A DNA stretch of 64,000 nucleotides. Origin: Deltaproteobacteria bacterium HGW-Deltaproteobacteria-6 (lineage in GTDB: Bacteria > Desulfobacterota > Syntrophia > Syntrophales > Smithellaceae). Positions 50,307 to 59,631 of the stretch are shown in pieces; the stretch's first letter is position 1; every line of letters begins with the position of its first letter. Under the pieces are notes generated by a model that saw only the letters and a list, made by a program, of their open reading frames with translations, ran no database searches and was not told the DNA's origin. Where the stretch lies: positions 36,460 to 100,459 of the forward strand of contig PHAT01000005.1 of NCBI GenBank assembly GCA_002840435.1. Direction: 5' to 3'. The position numbers were made by a program, and so were the translations under genes.

Positions 50307-51410
50307 CTAATTCCTTTTTCTCCCGGCGTCCAATTGTTGAAGCGATGTCAGCAATTGTTTGGCCTTGGTCAGCTGTTCTTTTTTTTGTTTACCCGCCGCG
50401 CCCTGAGCAAAGATCCTCCTGTCTGAGGCGACAGGAAGAAAATGATTAAGCAGGATACAGCACCATTTAATGCGATAGACCGGCAGCAGAAGGGTCATTC
50501 TTCTCAGCGTCGACTCGCGTTCGGAAAAAATATCGGCGATGGAATCCAGCACCTCATCCTTATACATGACGGGAACCGGCACCGCCACCTGACTGAAAAA
50601 ATCTCCGGTCAGCTTGGCCGGATCATCCCAACCCGCGTATTCAAAATCCAGGAAGGCAATCGTGCCGTCCGGACGCCGCAAAGCATTGTGAAATCCGAAA
50701 TCCGAAGGAGAGATCACGCGCTGCTCCGGCAACAATTCGGCATCCGGCTCCATACCTTCCTCCGTTAGTTGCAGAAGTATTTTCTCCGTAATCTGTCCGA
50801 AAGCCGGCGCAAGCTCCGCCCGCACAAATGCCAGGGCTTCCCGGTCTATCGGCAGGGCAGGATTGATTCCATTGATCCGGTCAATTCTTCTTTTAACTAC
50901 GGCTAAATGTTGATGGATGGAAAAACAGGCTTCGGACCCCAGGGGAAGTTCACGGGCTTCCGGCGTCTCCCGGAAACGGTTCAATGAGGCAATAAACGCC
51001 CGGGCCTGACCGATGTCTGTCCGGGAAAGTGTTCCCGGAAGGATTCGCTCCCCATCAATGAATTCGAAAAGACCAAGTCCTTCCGTCGTGTCGCAGGCGA
51101 TCGCTTCAGGAATACAGCGCAATCCATTGGTCCAGGCAAATCTGGCCAGCGCGAATTCCGACCCCAGGCGGTCGCGGGTATCTCCGGGATGACGAAAATA
51201 TTCTTTGAGAACATAAGTCCGGGAGCCGGCTTCCACGCGGTAAATCCGGTTGTTCCCCCCCAGGCCCAGCGGAACCAGTTCAGTGCCTGCTGCGGCGCCG
51301 ATCGAGGAAAAAAGCCGTGCGGCCCGGGAACACACGTCAAGGAGTGCCTTATCCGACTTATCCTGCATTCCGGCCCCGGAAGTAGTCAGCAATTTCTTCC
51401 CAGGAAGCAA
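50307..51410 (-). CDS. APH/choline-kinase-fold phosphotransferase
   Basis: 367 aa with a nucleotide-lobe GGNNRIYRV...VLKEY and a catalytic region SPSDFGFHNAL...IAFLDFEYAGWDDP. The start may be the ATG at 51368. Confidence 0.6.
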   Translation of the reverse strand: MLPGKKLLTTSGAGMQDKSDKALLDVCSRAARLFSSIGAAAGTELVPLGLGGNNRIYRVEAGSRTYVLKEYFRHPGDTRDRLGSEFALARFAWTNGLRCIPEAIACDTTEGLGLFEFIDGERILPGTLSRTDIGQARAFIASLNRFRETPEARELPLGSEACFSIHQHLAVVKRRIDRINGINPALPIDREALAFVRAELAPAFGQITEKILLQLTEEGMEPDAELLPEQRVISPSDFGFHNALRRPDGTIAFLDFEYAGWDDPAKLTGDFFSQVAVPVPVMYKDEVLDSIADIFSERESTLRRMTLLLPVYRIKWCCILLNHFLPVASDRRIFAQGAAGKQKKEQLTKAKQLLTSLQQLDAGRKRN

Positions 51411-51966
51411 ACCTCAACATCCCGCAGGCAACGGTCTGCGCGTCCGGTGAAAACAACATCCGCGCCGTATTGGCGGGAAAGCCTTCAGCACACAGGATTT
51501 CGGGGAGATCGTCAATGAAATGCGTGCATCCCGCCGCGCCGATTCTGGACAATTTTTCTTCTTTGGTCAGTTCAAAAAAAACCTGGTCCATGACGAGGCC
51601 CGCCGTTTCGAGAAATCCGCTGGATGCCAGCCAGTTTCGTGCCGCCTCGTGAAGATCGTAGCGATTTCCACGATAGGGATAACGCGTTTTGTGACTGATG
51701 ATATAAACTGTGGCTCCCCGATTGGTCAGGCTTCTGATGCAATCGGCAGCACCCTTAAAGGTCTCCACCGTTTCCATGCGGGAGCCATAAACATACCCCT
51801 GCAATTCGGTCCAGCTGTCTTCCTTCCCGATACGTCTCAGATAATCGCGAACATGCCCTTTGGTAACCGGTGTATCCGGCGGAATCAGTCGCTGCTCGCA
51901 GGCCGCCTGATGAAAAGCCCCGTCGTAACAAACGATGGTATTATCGAAATCAATCCCTACGATCAT
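51358..51966 (-). CDS. HAD-superfamily phosphatase
   Basis: 202 aa with motif I VGIDFDNTIV, and ISHKT and FIDD motifs. Confidence 0.6.
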   Translation of the reverse strand: MIVGIDFDNTIVCYDGAFHQAACEQRLIPPDTPVTKGHVRDYLRRIGKEDSWTELQGYVYGSRMETVETFKGAADCIRSLTNRGATVYIISHKTRYPYRGNRYDLHEAARNWLASSGFLETAGLVMDQVFFELTKEEKLSRIGAAGCTHFIDDLPEILCAEGFPANTARMLFSPDAQTVACGMLRFASWEEIADYFRGRNAG

Positions 51967-52891
51967 TGATTGCTTTCAGACGATATTCCACGTCGCCTGC
52001 GATCCCGTCCGGCGTGAGGCCAAAGTGTTCGCGTGCATAATCCTGCTTGCCTGCCATACAAAAGAACTGATCGGAAACCCCCTTGCAGAGCAGGCGCGCC
52101 CGTTTCGCCGGACCCCGGGAAAGCCATTCCGCCACGGCACTGCCGAAGCCGCCGATCAAATTATGTTCTTCCACGGTCGCGACCAGCCGGACTTCGGAAA
52201 ATACCCGGTCCAGCAGGGACTCATCCAGGGGTTTGAGGGTGTGAAAATTAATAACTTTTGTGGAGATTCCCCGGGCTTCCAACGCCGCTGCCGCCGCCAG
52301 CACCACAGACATGATCGTACCGGTCCCGAGCAGACAGACATCTTTTCCTTCCCGCATGACGACGCCGCTGCCGATGGCAAAGGAAGGTTCCGCATCATAG
52401 AGAGCGGGCTCGCCTTTTTTCCCCAACCGTAAATAAACCGGTTGATCCTGCCGCAAGGCCGCGCGCAGGGCCAGACGGGCTTCCAAGGGGTCCGCCGGAT
52501 TGATAATCTGCATATTGGGCAGACTGCGCAGACAGGCAATGTCTTCGCAGGAGTGGTGCGTCGCCCCAAGTTCCGCATAAGACAGACCGCTGCCCACACC
52601 GGCAACAATCACCGGGAGATTGTGGTAGGCGATATCGATTTTAATCTGTTCGAAACAGCGGATCGTGTTGAAGGCCGTAATAGTATAGGTAATCGGCCGC
52701 AGTCCGCTCATAGCCATGCCCGCAGCCATGCTGGTCATATTCGCCTCGGCAACGCCGCAATTGTAAAAACGATCCGGAAAGTTCTTCTTGTAATCATCAA
52801 AGAGGCGGTTCCCGATGTCGCCGGAAAGCAATACGATGCGACTGTCTTCTCCCGCCAGTCTGGTCAGTTCCTTCGCAAAGGCATTTCTCAT
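51950..52891 (-). CDS. Transketolase, C-terminal (pyrimidine-binding) subunit
   Basis: 313 aa with CGVAEANMTSMAAGMA and THHSCEDIA motifs typical of split transketolase subunit B. Confidence 0.8.
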   Translation of the reverse strand: MRNAFAKELTRLAGEDSRIVLLSGDIGNRLFDDYKKNFPDRFYNCGVAEANMTSMAAGMAMSGLRPITYTITAFNTIRCFEQIKIDIAYHNLPVIVAGVGSGLSYAELGATHHSCEDIACLRSLPNMQIINPADPLEARLALRAALRQDQPVYLRLGKKGEPALYDAEPSFAIGSGVVMREGKDVCLLGTGTIMSVVLAAAAALEARGISTKVINFHTLKPLDESLLDRVFSEVRLVATVEEHNLIGGFGSAVAEWLSRGPAKRARLLCKGVSDQFFCMAGKQDYAREHFGLTPDGIAGDVEYRLKAINDRRD

Positions 52892-53712
52892 GTCAGACGC
52901 AGCTCCTTTCTGGCTTTCAGGACTTCTTCCGCCGTGGGGATACGGTAGTGCCAGTTATTGTCGTCTTCCATAAACGATACACCCTTCCCCTTTACCGTAT
53001 GAGCAATGATGACGGTCGGTCTGCCGCTGCCATCGGGCAACCCCTTCAGAGTCTCAACGAGGGCGGTCAAGTCGTGTCCGTCCACTTCATAAGCGCTCCA
53101 TCCGAATGCTTCCCATTTTTCTTTCAAAGGGTCGATGGCCATGACTTCGCGGCTTCGTCCGGTCGCCTGCCATTTATTGAAATCGATAACGGCAACAACG
53201 TTGCCGATACGCTGTGCCGGAGCGAACATGGCCGCCTCCCAGACGGAACCTTCATTACACTCACCATCGCTCATGAGGACATAAACATTATAGGACTGTT
53301 TCTGAATGCGGCCGGCCAGTGCCATTCCCAGTCCCAGAGACAGGCCGTGCCCCAGAGAACCCGTGGCCGCTTCCACACCCGGGACACAATGCGGACTCGG
53401 GTGCTCCGGCAGGCAGCTTCCATGACAGGCGTAATCCGCAAGCGTCTCCAGAGGGAAAAATCCCCGCCTGGCCAATGTTACATAGAGGGCCGTGGCCGCG
53501 TGCCCCTTGCTGAGAATAAAGCGGTCGCGCAGAGGATCATCGGGCTTCGCGGGATTAATGGACAGCTTTTGCCAGAAGAGCGCCACCATGATATCCACGC
53601 AGGAAAGCGCCGATCCCAGGTGGGCGCCGCCGGTCCGGTGGGACATTTCCACCAGCATACCCCTGATTTCCCGGGCTGTCTGGTCCAACTGATCGATTGA
53701 TAATGACGTCAT
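52888..53712 (-). CDS. Transketolase, N-terminal (ThDP-binding) subunit
   Basis: 274 aa with HLGSALSCVDI, GSLGHGLS, and the ThDP motif SDGECNEGSVWEA. 4-nt overlap with the C-subunit gene. Confidence 0.8.
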   Translation of the reverse strand: MTSLSIDQLDQTAREIRGMLVEMSHRTGGAHLGSALSCVDIMVALFWQKLSINPAKPDDPLRDRFILSKGHAATALYVTLARRGFFPLETLADYACHGSCLPEHPSPHCVPGVEAATGSLGHGLSLGLGMALAGRIQKQSYNVYVLMSDGECNEGSVWEAAMFAPAQRIGNVVAVIDFNKWQATGRSREVMAIDPLKEKWEAFGWSAYEVDGHDLTALVETLKGLPDGSGRPTVIIAHTVKGKGVSFMEDDNNWHYRIPTAEEVLKARKELRLT

Positions 53713-53717
53713 GTGAT

Positions 53718-54662
53718 TTATTCCAGATTCTCAATTTGTTTCATGGTTCTGATATTATACCAGAGGTCGCGGTCTTTCAGATCACCGGCCCGGAAAGCCT
53801 CGATGATTCCCAGAATTGCATCATTCACCGTGTACTTCTGAGTAAAACCCGTTGACAGCAGCTTATCGGAATTAATGCGATAGGATCGGGGATCATTTGA
53901 TTCCGAAACAATAATTTCCGCGGGCACATGCTCCGTCACCCGCTTGGCGATGTCCAGAATCGATATGTTTTCAAATCCGGCATTGAAAACGCCCGGCGCC
54001 TTGTCGCCAAGATTCAGGAAATGAATAAAGACATTGGTAATGTCCTGAATGTGAATATTGGGACGCGTCTGGTCCCCGCCGAAAACGGTGATTCGTCCGT
54101 TGGTCAGGGCCTGCATGGTCAGCATGTTTACGGAAACGTCAAGACGCATGCGGGGCGAGAAACCGCAGACCGTTGCGGGACGGACACATTGAACGGTGAT
54201 GAGATCTTTGTAACTCAGCAGGACCCGCTCACTGATCATTTTTGTCTTGTTGTAGTCGGAAATCGGAACCAGGGAAAGGTCTTCCGTTACCTTTAGTTCA
54301 TCCTTAACGCCGTAGACACTGCCGGAGCTGGATAAGATAAATTGTTTTACCTTATGCGCAATGGCCTTTTCCACCATGCCCATGGTTGCCAGAACATTGA
54401 CCTCCCATGCTAATTTCGCATTAAGATCCCCGCAGGGGTCGTTGGCAATATTGGCCAGATGGATGATGGCATCGATGCCCTCCATGGGGATCTCATCCGT
54501 GTTGCGGATATCGCCCCGGATAACTTTTAAATTCTTATGTTCGGGAAGGAAATTGCCGAACCATTGAATGTCATAAACGGTCACGCTGTGACCCAGGTTT
54601 AAGAGTTTCGGTGTTAAAACACTGCCGATATAGCCGCAACCACCTGTTACTAGAATATGCAT
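53718..54662 (-). CDS. NAD-dependent sugar epimerase/reductase (SDR)
   Basis: 314 aa with MHILVTGGCGYIGS and YNKTK motifs. Confidence 0.7.
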   Translation of the reverse strand: MHILVTGGCGYIGSVLTPKLLNLGHSVTVYDIQWFGNFLPEHKNLKVIRGDIRNTDEIPMEGIDAIIHLANIANDPCGDLNAKLAWEVNVLATMGMVEKAIAHKVKQFILSSSGSVYGVKDELKVTEDLSLVPISDYNKTKMISERVLLSYKDLITVQCVRPATVCGFSPRMRLDVSVNMLTMQALTNGRITVFGGDQTRPNIHIQDITNVFIHFLNLGDKAPGVFNAGFENISILDIAKRVTEHVPAEIIVSESNDPRSYRINSDKLLSTGFTQKYTVNDAILGIIEAFRAGDLKDRDLWYNIRTMKQIENLE

Positions 54663-54671
54663 TTTCGCTCC

Positions 54672-55670
54672 TTATGGTTTATGAATATAGTCAAAAGGTT
54701 GTCTCTTGATTTCTTCCAGATTGTCTTTTACCCAGGCAATCGTTTCTTCAATACCCTGCTCGAGGCTGATTTTGTCCTGCCATTGCAGTTTTTCTCTGGC
54801 GCTGGTACTGTCCAGCGTGTAGGCGGCGTCCTTACCCAGGCGTTCACCCACAACTTCCACATTCTCGTCGAACGACGCCCCTAGCTGAGCGGCAATCATT
54901 TCCACGAGATTCCTGATGGAAAGGTTTCTGGCCGTCGAAAAGTGATATATTTCCCCCGGCGACGCCTGTCTTGCGACACGGAGCGTTCCATCGGCAACGT
55001 CACGGAAGTGAATAAAAGAACGGATGGAATGCCCTCCGCCATGCAGTTGAAGTTTCCGGCCGATCAGAAAAAATAGAATCGTCCTGGGAATAATTCGATA
55101 AAGTTGCTGTCCCGGTCCGTAAACATTGGCTGCCCGGGTAAACGCCACCGGGAAACCATAGGCTTTTTGAAAGCTCATCAAACTCATATCCGCCGCGGCG
55201 CGGGAAACGGCATAGGGTGTGCTGGGATTGTAGTTCGTGCTTTCCCTGACGAGTCCCTCGCAGGAACCGTAAACTTCCGGGGTGGAGACATGAACATATT
55301 TCTTCAAAAAGTCTCTCTTACGCAATTCATCATGGAGTTGAATGGTGGCGACAACATTGGTCTGAAACCAGTGGACCGGATTTCGCCAGCTTTCCGCCAC
55401 CATGGATTGGGCGGCAAAGTTTACCACGTAGTCCGGGCGCTGCTCGTCGATGATTTTCATAATCCTGTCCAGATCGCGATTGAGATCCAGCTCAAAGAAC
55501 CGGAATCCGGATGTGTCTCTTTTCTTGTAGGGAAGGAATACAGCGTGGGGCTCCGGTGAACGGCTGATCCCAATCGTTTCAATTCCTTCTCCCAGGAGAT
55601 AATCCACAAAACTGGCGCCGGAGAACGAATTGCTCCCTATGACCATTACTTTTTCACTCATCTGTTTCAA
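54672..55670 (-). CDS. NDP-sugar 4,6-dehydratase-like extended SDR with an atypical YxxxR
   Basis: 332 aa with VMVIGSNSFSG (a variant of GxxGxxG) and VSTPEVYG. The catalytic position reads YAVSR instead of YxxxK. Confidence 0.6.
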   Translation of the reverse strand: MKQMSEKVMVIGSNSFSGASFVDYLLGEGIETIGISRSPEPHAVFLPYKKRDTSGFRFFELDLNRDLDRIMKIIDEQRPDYVVNFAAQSMVAESWRNPVHWFQTNVVATIQLHDELRKRDFLKKYVHVSTPEVYGSCEGLVRESTNYNPSTPYAVSRAAADMSLMSFQKAYGFPVAFTRAANVYGPGQQLYRIIPRTILFFLIGRKLQLHGGGHSIRSFIHFRDVADGTLRVARQASPGEIYHFSTARNLSIRNLVEMIAAQLGASFDENVEVVGERLGKDAAYTLDSTSAREKLQWQDKISLEQGIEETIAWVKDNLEEIKRQPFDYIHKP

Positions 55671-56245
55671 ATAGAATTCCTTTCCACGATTTTATCGATC
55701 CAATGGTGCAGAATGGCGGCATGGCATGTTTCGGCGGAACCGTAAGTTGTTGCCGAAACATAAAAATTTATCAATCCCCTGCCGGACAAAGGATTATCCG
55801 GGTGCATCGCCGAAAGCGTCACCACGGTGCCTCCCAATCTCGCTGCTTCGTCCGCGGCTTTGAGGACATTCATGGACCGCCCGGAACTACTGATGGCGAC
55901 CAGCATGTCGCCCTTTCTCATTCGACGGCGCAAGGGTTCGGCAAAGACTTCGTCATAACTGACGTCATTCGCGATCGCCGTAATCAACGATAAATCGGAA
56001 AATACTTCCGTATGAACATGGCCGTTCTTTGCCAAGTCGGCCGCAACATGGCTGGCCATGGAAGCACTGGCGCCGTTGCCGATCAGAAATATGGTATTTT
56101 GCCTGTCTCTGATATTCAGCGCCAAATCGATCCACCGGCCAAAAGCGTCATCTGCGGGCATGCTGTTCTTGTCGCCGTCCAAAGCGGACAGACACCGGAG
56201 ACGTTGTGTTATTTCATCGACATTTGATAACCAGTTCATCTTCAT
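55667..56245 (-). CDS. SIS-domain sugar-phosphate isomerase (GmhA-like sedoheptulose-7-P isomerase)
   Basis: 192 aa with IFLIGNGASASMASHVAADL and VAISSSGRSMNV motifs of the GmhA-type SIS fold. Confidence 0.7.
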   Translation of the reverse strand: MKMNWLSNVDEITQRLRCLSALDGDKNSMPADDAFGRWIDLALNIRDRQNTIFLIGNGASASMASHVAADLAKNGHVHTEVFSDLSLITAIANDVSYDEVFAEPLRRRMRKGDMLVAISSSGRSMNVLKAADEAARLGGTVVTLSAMHPDNPLSGRGLINFYVSATTYGSAETCHAAILHHWIDKIVERNSI

Positions 56246-56985
56246 ATCCCTGTGTTTTCGGCCAATTGATTTTTGTATTGATTGCTTACGGCCGGATACT
56301 CCCGGCAGGCTGCTTCGTAACTTTCGATCGTACCGATATCCCGGTGATAAATATCGTTATGGAATGTGTTGATGCGACCGATATAATGGGGAATGACTTC
56401 CGTGCTGAAGTCAATAAATTCCTTTTTCAGACCCTCAAGATATGTAAACAGGGACGGTTCGATGATATAAACGGCTCCGTTGGCCCTGTCGCCGGGAGGG
56501 TTGGCTACCTTTTCATAAAAAGCCTGGACACACCCTTGATGATCCGTTTCGATAATGCCGCAGCTTTGGGGCGTGGGAGTTTTAAATGTCATCATGGTTA
56601 TTTCACACCCTGCAGGACGGTTCTGATGGCTGTCGATAAATGCCCGCACATCGAATACGGAAAGGTTATCAGCATGGACAAGCATCATCGCCTCATTGCC
56701 GAAAAACTCCCGATTTTTTAAAAGCGTCCCCCCGGTGCCCAATAATTTATCTTCATGGATTGTAGCAACATATTTTTTTAACGGACTCTGATCAATAAAA
56801 TGAGCAACTTTATCCGCATGGTGATAAAGATTTACCAGCATGGGATATACGCCGCTCTCATAAAGCATGGTCATCCAGTAATACAAAAGTGGCTTGCCGT
56901 CAATCGCAATGAGACATTTGGGAATATCATTGGTTAACGGCCGCAAACGCGTACCCAGTCCCGCTGCAAGCAGTAGCGCTCTCAT
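56242..56985 (-). CDS. Sugar-1-phosphate nucleotidyltransferase (HddC/ManC-like)
   Basis: 247 aa with MRALLLAAGLGTRLRPLT signature and LGTGG. 4-nt overlaps on both sides. Confidence 0.75.
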   Translation of the reverse strand: MRALLLAAGLGTRLRPLTNDIPKCLIAIDGKPLLYYWMTMLYESGVYPMLVNLYHHADKVAHFIDQSPLKKYVATIHEDKLLGTGGTLLKNREFFGNEAMMLVHADNLSVFDVRAFIDSHQNRPAGCEITMMTFKTPTPQSCGIIETDHQGCVQAFYEKVANPPGDRANGAVYIIEPSLFTYLEGLKKEFIDFSTEVIPHYIGRINTFHNDIYHRDIGTIESYEAACREYPAVSNQYKNQLAENTGI

Positions 56986-58505
56986 GGTACAACCTTCTTC
57001 CCGTTGATTTCCATTTTTAAATCATGCGTGGTCAGGGGAATATTGCCAATCCGCCCTATCTGACAGGCGGAGGCCAGTGACCCGATATAGGAACTTTTCC
57101 AGATATCGGCGCCTACCGCCATGGACATGGAGGTACAGGTCAAATAGGAATCGCCGGCTCCCGATACATCCTTGGGGGCCGTATTGAAAGCGGGAAGTCT
57201 GTCGGTTAACCAGTCGCTTGCCTTTTCCGTTTCCGCATGGATCAGAACGCCCTCTTCATCCAGGGTAATGATGACGTTTCTGGCGCTTGCTTTTTTTCTT
57301 AATTTCTCCGCAAGAACCACAAGACCTGACTCAAAATCATGTACGGCAAAACGGGCCTCCCGTTCGGTGGGCGTTACCAGCATCATTCCCTGAAACCGCG
57401 ACACGTCGCCAACCTGCGAGGATGATTGACTATCCGCAACCATCATAATCCCTTTTTGAAGACAAAATGATGTAACCTGATCCACGAGCGGTTGCGGAAG
57501 GCAGCCATAATTGAAGTCCGAAAATATGATCAGATCCATACCATCAAGAACATCCAACATATCCCTGTAGAATCGTTCTCTGATTTCACTGGAAATCGCA
57601 TGCTGACGCAAATGACTGACTCTCAGCAACGTTTTCTGCCGGGCACGGAATCTTTGCTTCAGTGTTGTCGGCCTGCTTTCATCCGGGAACAAATGGGCAT
57701 TGACACCCAGCGCGGTCAGCTTTTCTTTCGCATAATCAGCTGTTTCATCTTTGCCGACAACGGAAAAGAAGTGAACATCGGCGCCCAATCCTCTGGCATG
57801 GAGAGCAACAATTCCCGCCCCTCCGAGAAATTTCTCGTGCGCTACGGGCGTGACCACAATCGTGGGATCTTCCTGCGACATGCCGAGGGCATCGCAGGTA
57901 ATATATTCGTCAACTATCGTATCTCCCAGGACGCAGACTTTCAAATCCCTCATTTTGTCGGCAATGCCGGCTAATTCACGGAAACTGAAATTATGCCGCT
58001 TGGGATAGTCAACGGGTTTTTTAATGGATGAAACGGACAACTCTTTCCACTCGGTGTTCATTAAATCCACTGAAGAAAAACTGATTTCACCGGAACCGAA
58101 TATTAATTTCCCGCCATTGCGACTGAGAACATCCTTCTCCGGATTATCCATTTCCTCGTGCTCTTTTCCCTTGACCACAAAAGCCGGTTTAAGTTTTTCA
58201 ATAAAGGCGATAACCGGCTCATGGAGGATGAATGAATAGTCCACCCAGGCGATAGCTTGAATGCTCTCCAGACGCAGTTGTTCATCGACAAAAGAACCGG
58301 GGGATTTATTGTCCAGCACACCCACAACCAGATAATCACCACATTCCCTTGCAAATCGAAGCAGCCGGAGATGCCCCGGATGGATAATATTAAAATTACC
58401 GGAAACAAAGACGATTTTTTTCTTTAGCGTTTGCTTTTTTATCTGTTTTAATTCAATGCTGTTGCTCATAGTCCAATCCCGTTCATTTGAAATTTGTCCG
58501 GACAA
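56982..58505 (-). CDS. Bifunctional HldE-like protein with reversed domain order (N-terminal cytidylyl/adenylyltransferase, C-terminal PfkB sugar kinase)
   Basis: 507 aa. The N-terminal part has GNFNIIHPGHLRLLRFA (HxGH) aligning to RfaE domain II. The C-terminal part has VLGDTIVDEY...EDP...GGAG...DVSGAGDS aligning to RfaE domain I. Confidence 0.7.
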   Translation of the reverse strand: MSGQISNERDWTMSNSIELKQIKKQTLKKKIVFVSGNFNIIHPGHLRLLRFARECGDYLVVGVLDNKSPGSFVDEQLRLESIQAIAWVDYSFILHEPVIAFIEKLKPAFVVKGKEHEEMDNPEKDVLSRNGGKLIFGSGEISFSSVDLMNTEWKELSVSSIKKPVDYPKRHNFSFRELAGIADKMRDLKVCVLGDTIVDEYITCDALGMSQEDPTIVVTPVAHEKFLGGAGIVALHARGLGADVHFFSVVGKDETADYAKEKLTALGVNAHLFPDESRPTTLKQRFRARQKTLLRVSHLRQHAISSEIRERFYRDMLDVLDGMDLIIFSDFNYGCLPQPLVDQVTSFCLQKGIMMVADSQSSSQVGDVSRFQGMMLVTPTEREARFAVHDFESGLVVLAEKLRKKASARNVIITLDEEGVLIHAETEKASDWLTDRLPAFNTAPKDVSGAGDSYLTCTSMSMAVGADIWKSSYIGSLASACQIGRIGNIPLTTHDLKMEINGKKVVP

Positions 58506-58506
58506 C

Positions 58507-59631
58507 TCATGAAATCAATTCCCCGACATGCTTCCCGATAGCCAGACACGATGTCATCCCGGGCGATTCGATGCCAATCAGGTTTATTAAACCGTGCATT
58601 CCACAGTCGCTTTCTTCCCGGATGACAAAATCCATCGCCGGGTCGCCGGGTCCCTGAATCTTGGGTCGTATGCCGCTCATGTCCGGGGTCAGAGCATCCA
58701 GGGAAACACCGGGAAGATATCTTTGGATCGACTCGTGAAAAGCTGTTTTCAGGCCTTCATCCACGGCATAGTCGAACGCCCTGTCATCGGACAAATAGCG
58801 GCTGTCAGGACCGAAGCGCACACGCCCGGAAAGATCAAGTGTTGCGTGGATACCGAGGCCAACGTTATTTTTCACGGGAACAGGGTAGATGAGATGATGA
58901 ATCCGGGGTGATGGCGCCGCTGTGAAATAATTCCCTTTACAGGGCTTTAACCGGTAGCCCGCCGCATCAATGTCTATGCCGGTAAGAGCGGCAATAAGAT
59001 CGGCGGAAAGTCCGGCGCTGTTGATAAGAGTTTTTGTGCTGATGCGGTACTCGCCGTTATTAATCTCCAAATCCCAGACGGACCCGTCGAAATGAATGGC
59101 CGTCACTTCCGACCGATAGGTAATGATGGCCTCTTTTTTCCCGGCGCTTGCCAGCAGTGTTTGCATCAGCCGATGTGTGTCAATGATCCCGGTATCGGGA
59201 GAGAACAGAGCCGCCACGGCATTCACTTCCGGCTCTTTGGATTTGAGTTGCACCCGTCCCAGAAGCTCAAGTTTTTCGACACCATTATCATGTGCCGTTA
59301 TTTTGATTCGTTCCAGATCGGCACATTCCGCTTCGTTGGTCGCCACGATCAGCTTGCCAATCCGCCGATGAGGAACATGATGCTTTTCACACCAGCTGTA
59401 AAGAAGACGGTTGCCTTGAAGGCAAAGGTGGCTTTTCAGGAATTCTTTCGGGTAATAGATCCCCGCATGAATAACTTCACTGTTGCGGGAACTTGTTTCC
59501 TGGCCGAAGGAATTGTTTTTTTCCAGGACGACAACCTGACGGTTTCTTACCGCCACGGCTTCGGCAATCGCCAAGCCGACAACTCCTGCGCCAACGATGA
59601 CAATATCAACTGTTTCGTTCATCTGCATCAA
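58507..59631 (-). CDS. FAD-dependent oxidoreductase (DAO family; L-2-hydroxyglutarate/glycerol-3-P oxidase-like)
   Basis: 374 aa with the dinucleotide motif VDIVIVGAGVVGLAIA. The track start is a TTG; an ATG follows one codon later. Confidence 0.7.
   Translation of the reverse strand: MMQMNETVDIVIVGAGVVGLAIAEAVAVRNRQVVVLEKNNSFGQETSSRNSEVIHAGIYYPKEFLKSHLCLQGNRLLYSWCEKHHVPHRRIGKLIVATNEAECADLERIKITAHDNGVEKLELLGRVQLKSKEPEVNAVAALFSPDTGIIDTHRLMQTLLASAGKKEAIITYRSEVTAIHFDGSVWDLEINNGEYRISTKTLINSAGLSADLIAALTGIDIDAAGYRLKPCKGNYFTAAPSPRIHHLIYPVPVKNNVGLGIHATLDLSGRVRFGPDSRYLSDDRAFDYAVDEGLKTAFHESIQRYLPGVSLDALTPDMSGIRPKIQGPGDPAMDFVIREESDCGMHGLINLIGIESPGMTSCLAIGKHVGELIS

Noticed and set aside
50307-51410. APH-fold kinase considered as an aminoglycoside-resistance determinant
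   Set aside because: It is translationally linked to HAD, transketolase and methyltransferase genes within a glycan operon, and no mobile-element context is present. A sugar or glycan-terminus kinase is the more parsimonious reading.
51950-53712. Split transketolase considered as an ordinary pentose-phosphate housekeeping gene that is here by chance
   Set aside because: I have not fully rejected this. Its 4-nt and 17-nt overlaps with neighbouring pathway genes argue for a dedicated role, so I keep it as a hypothesis in the findings.
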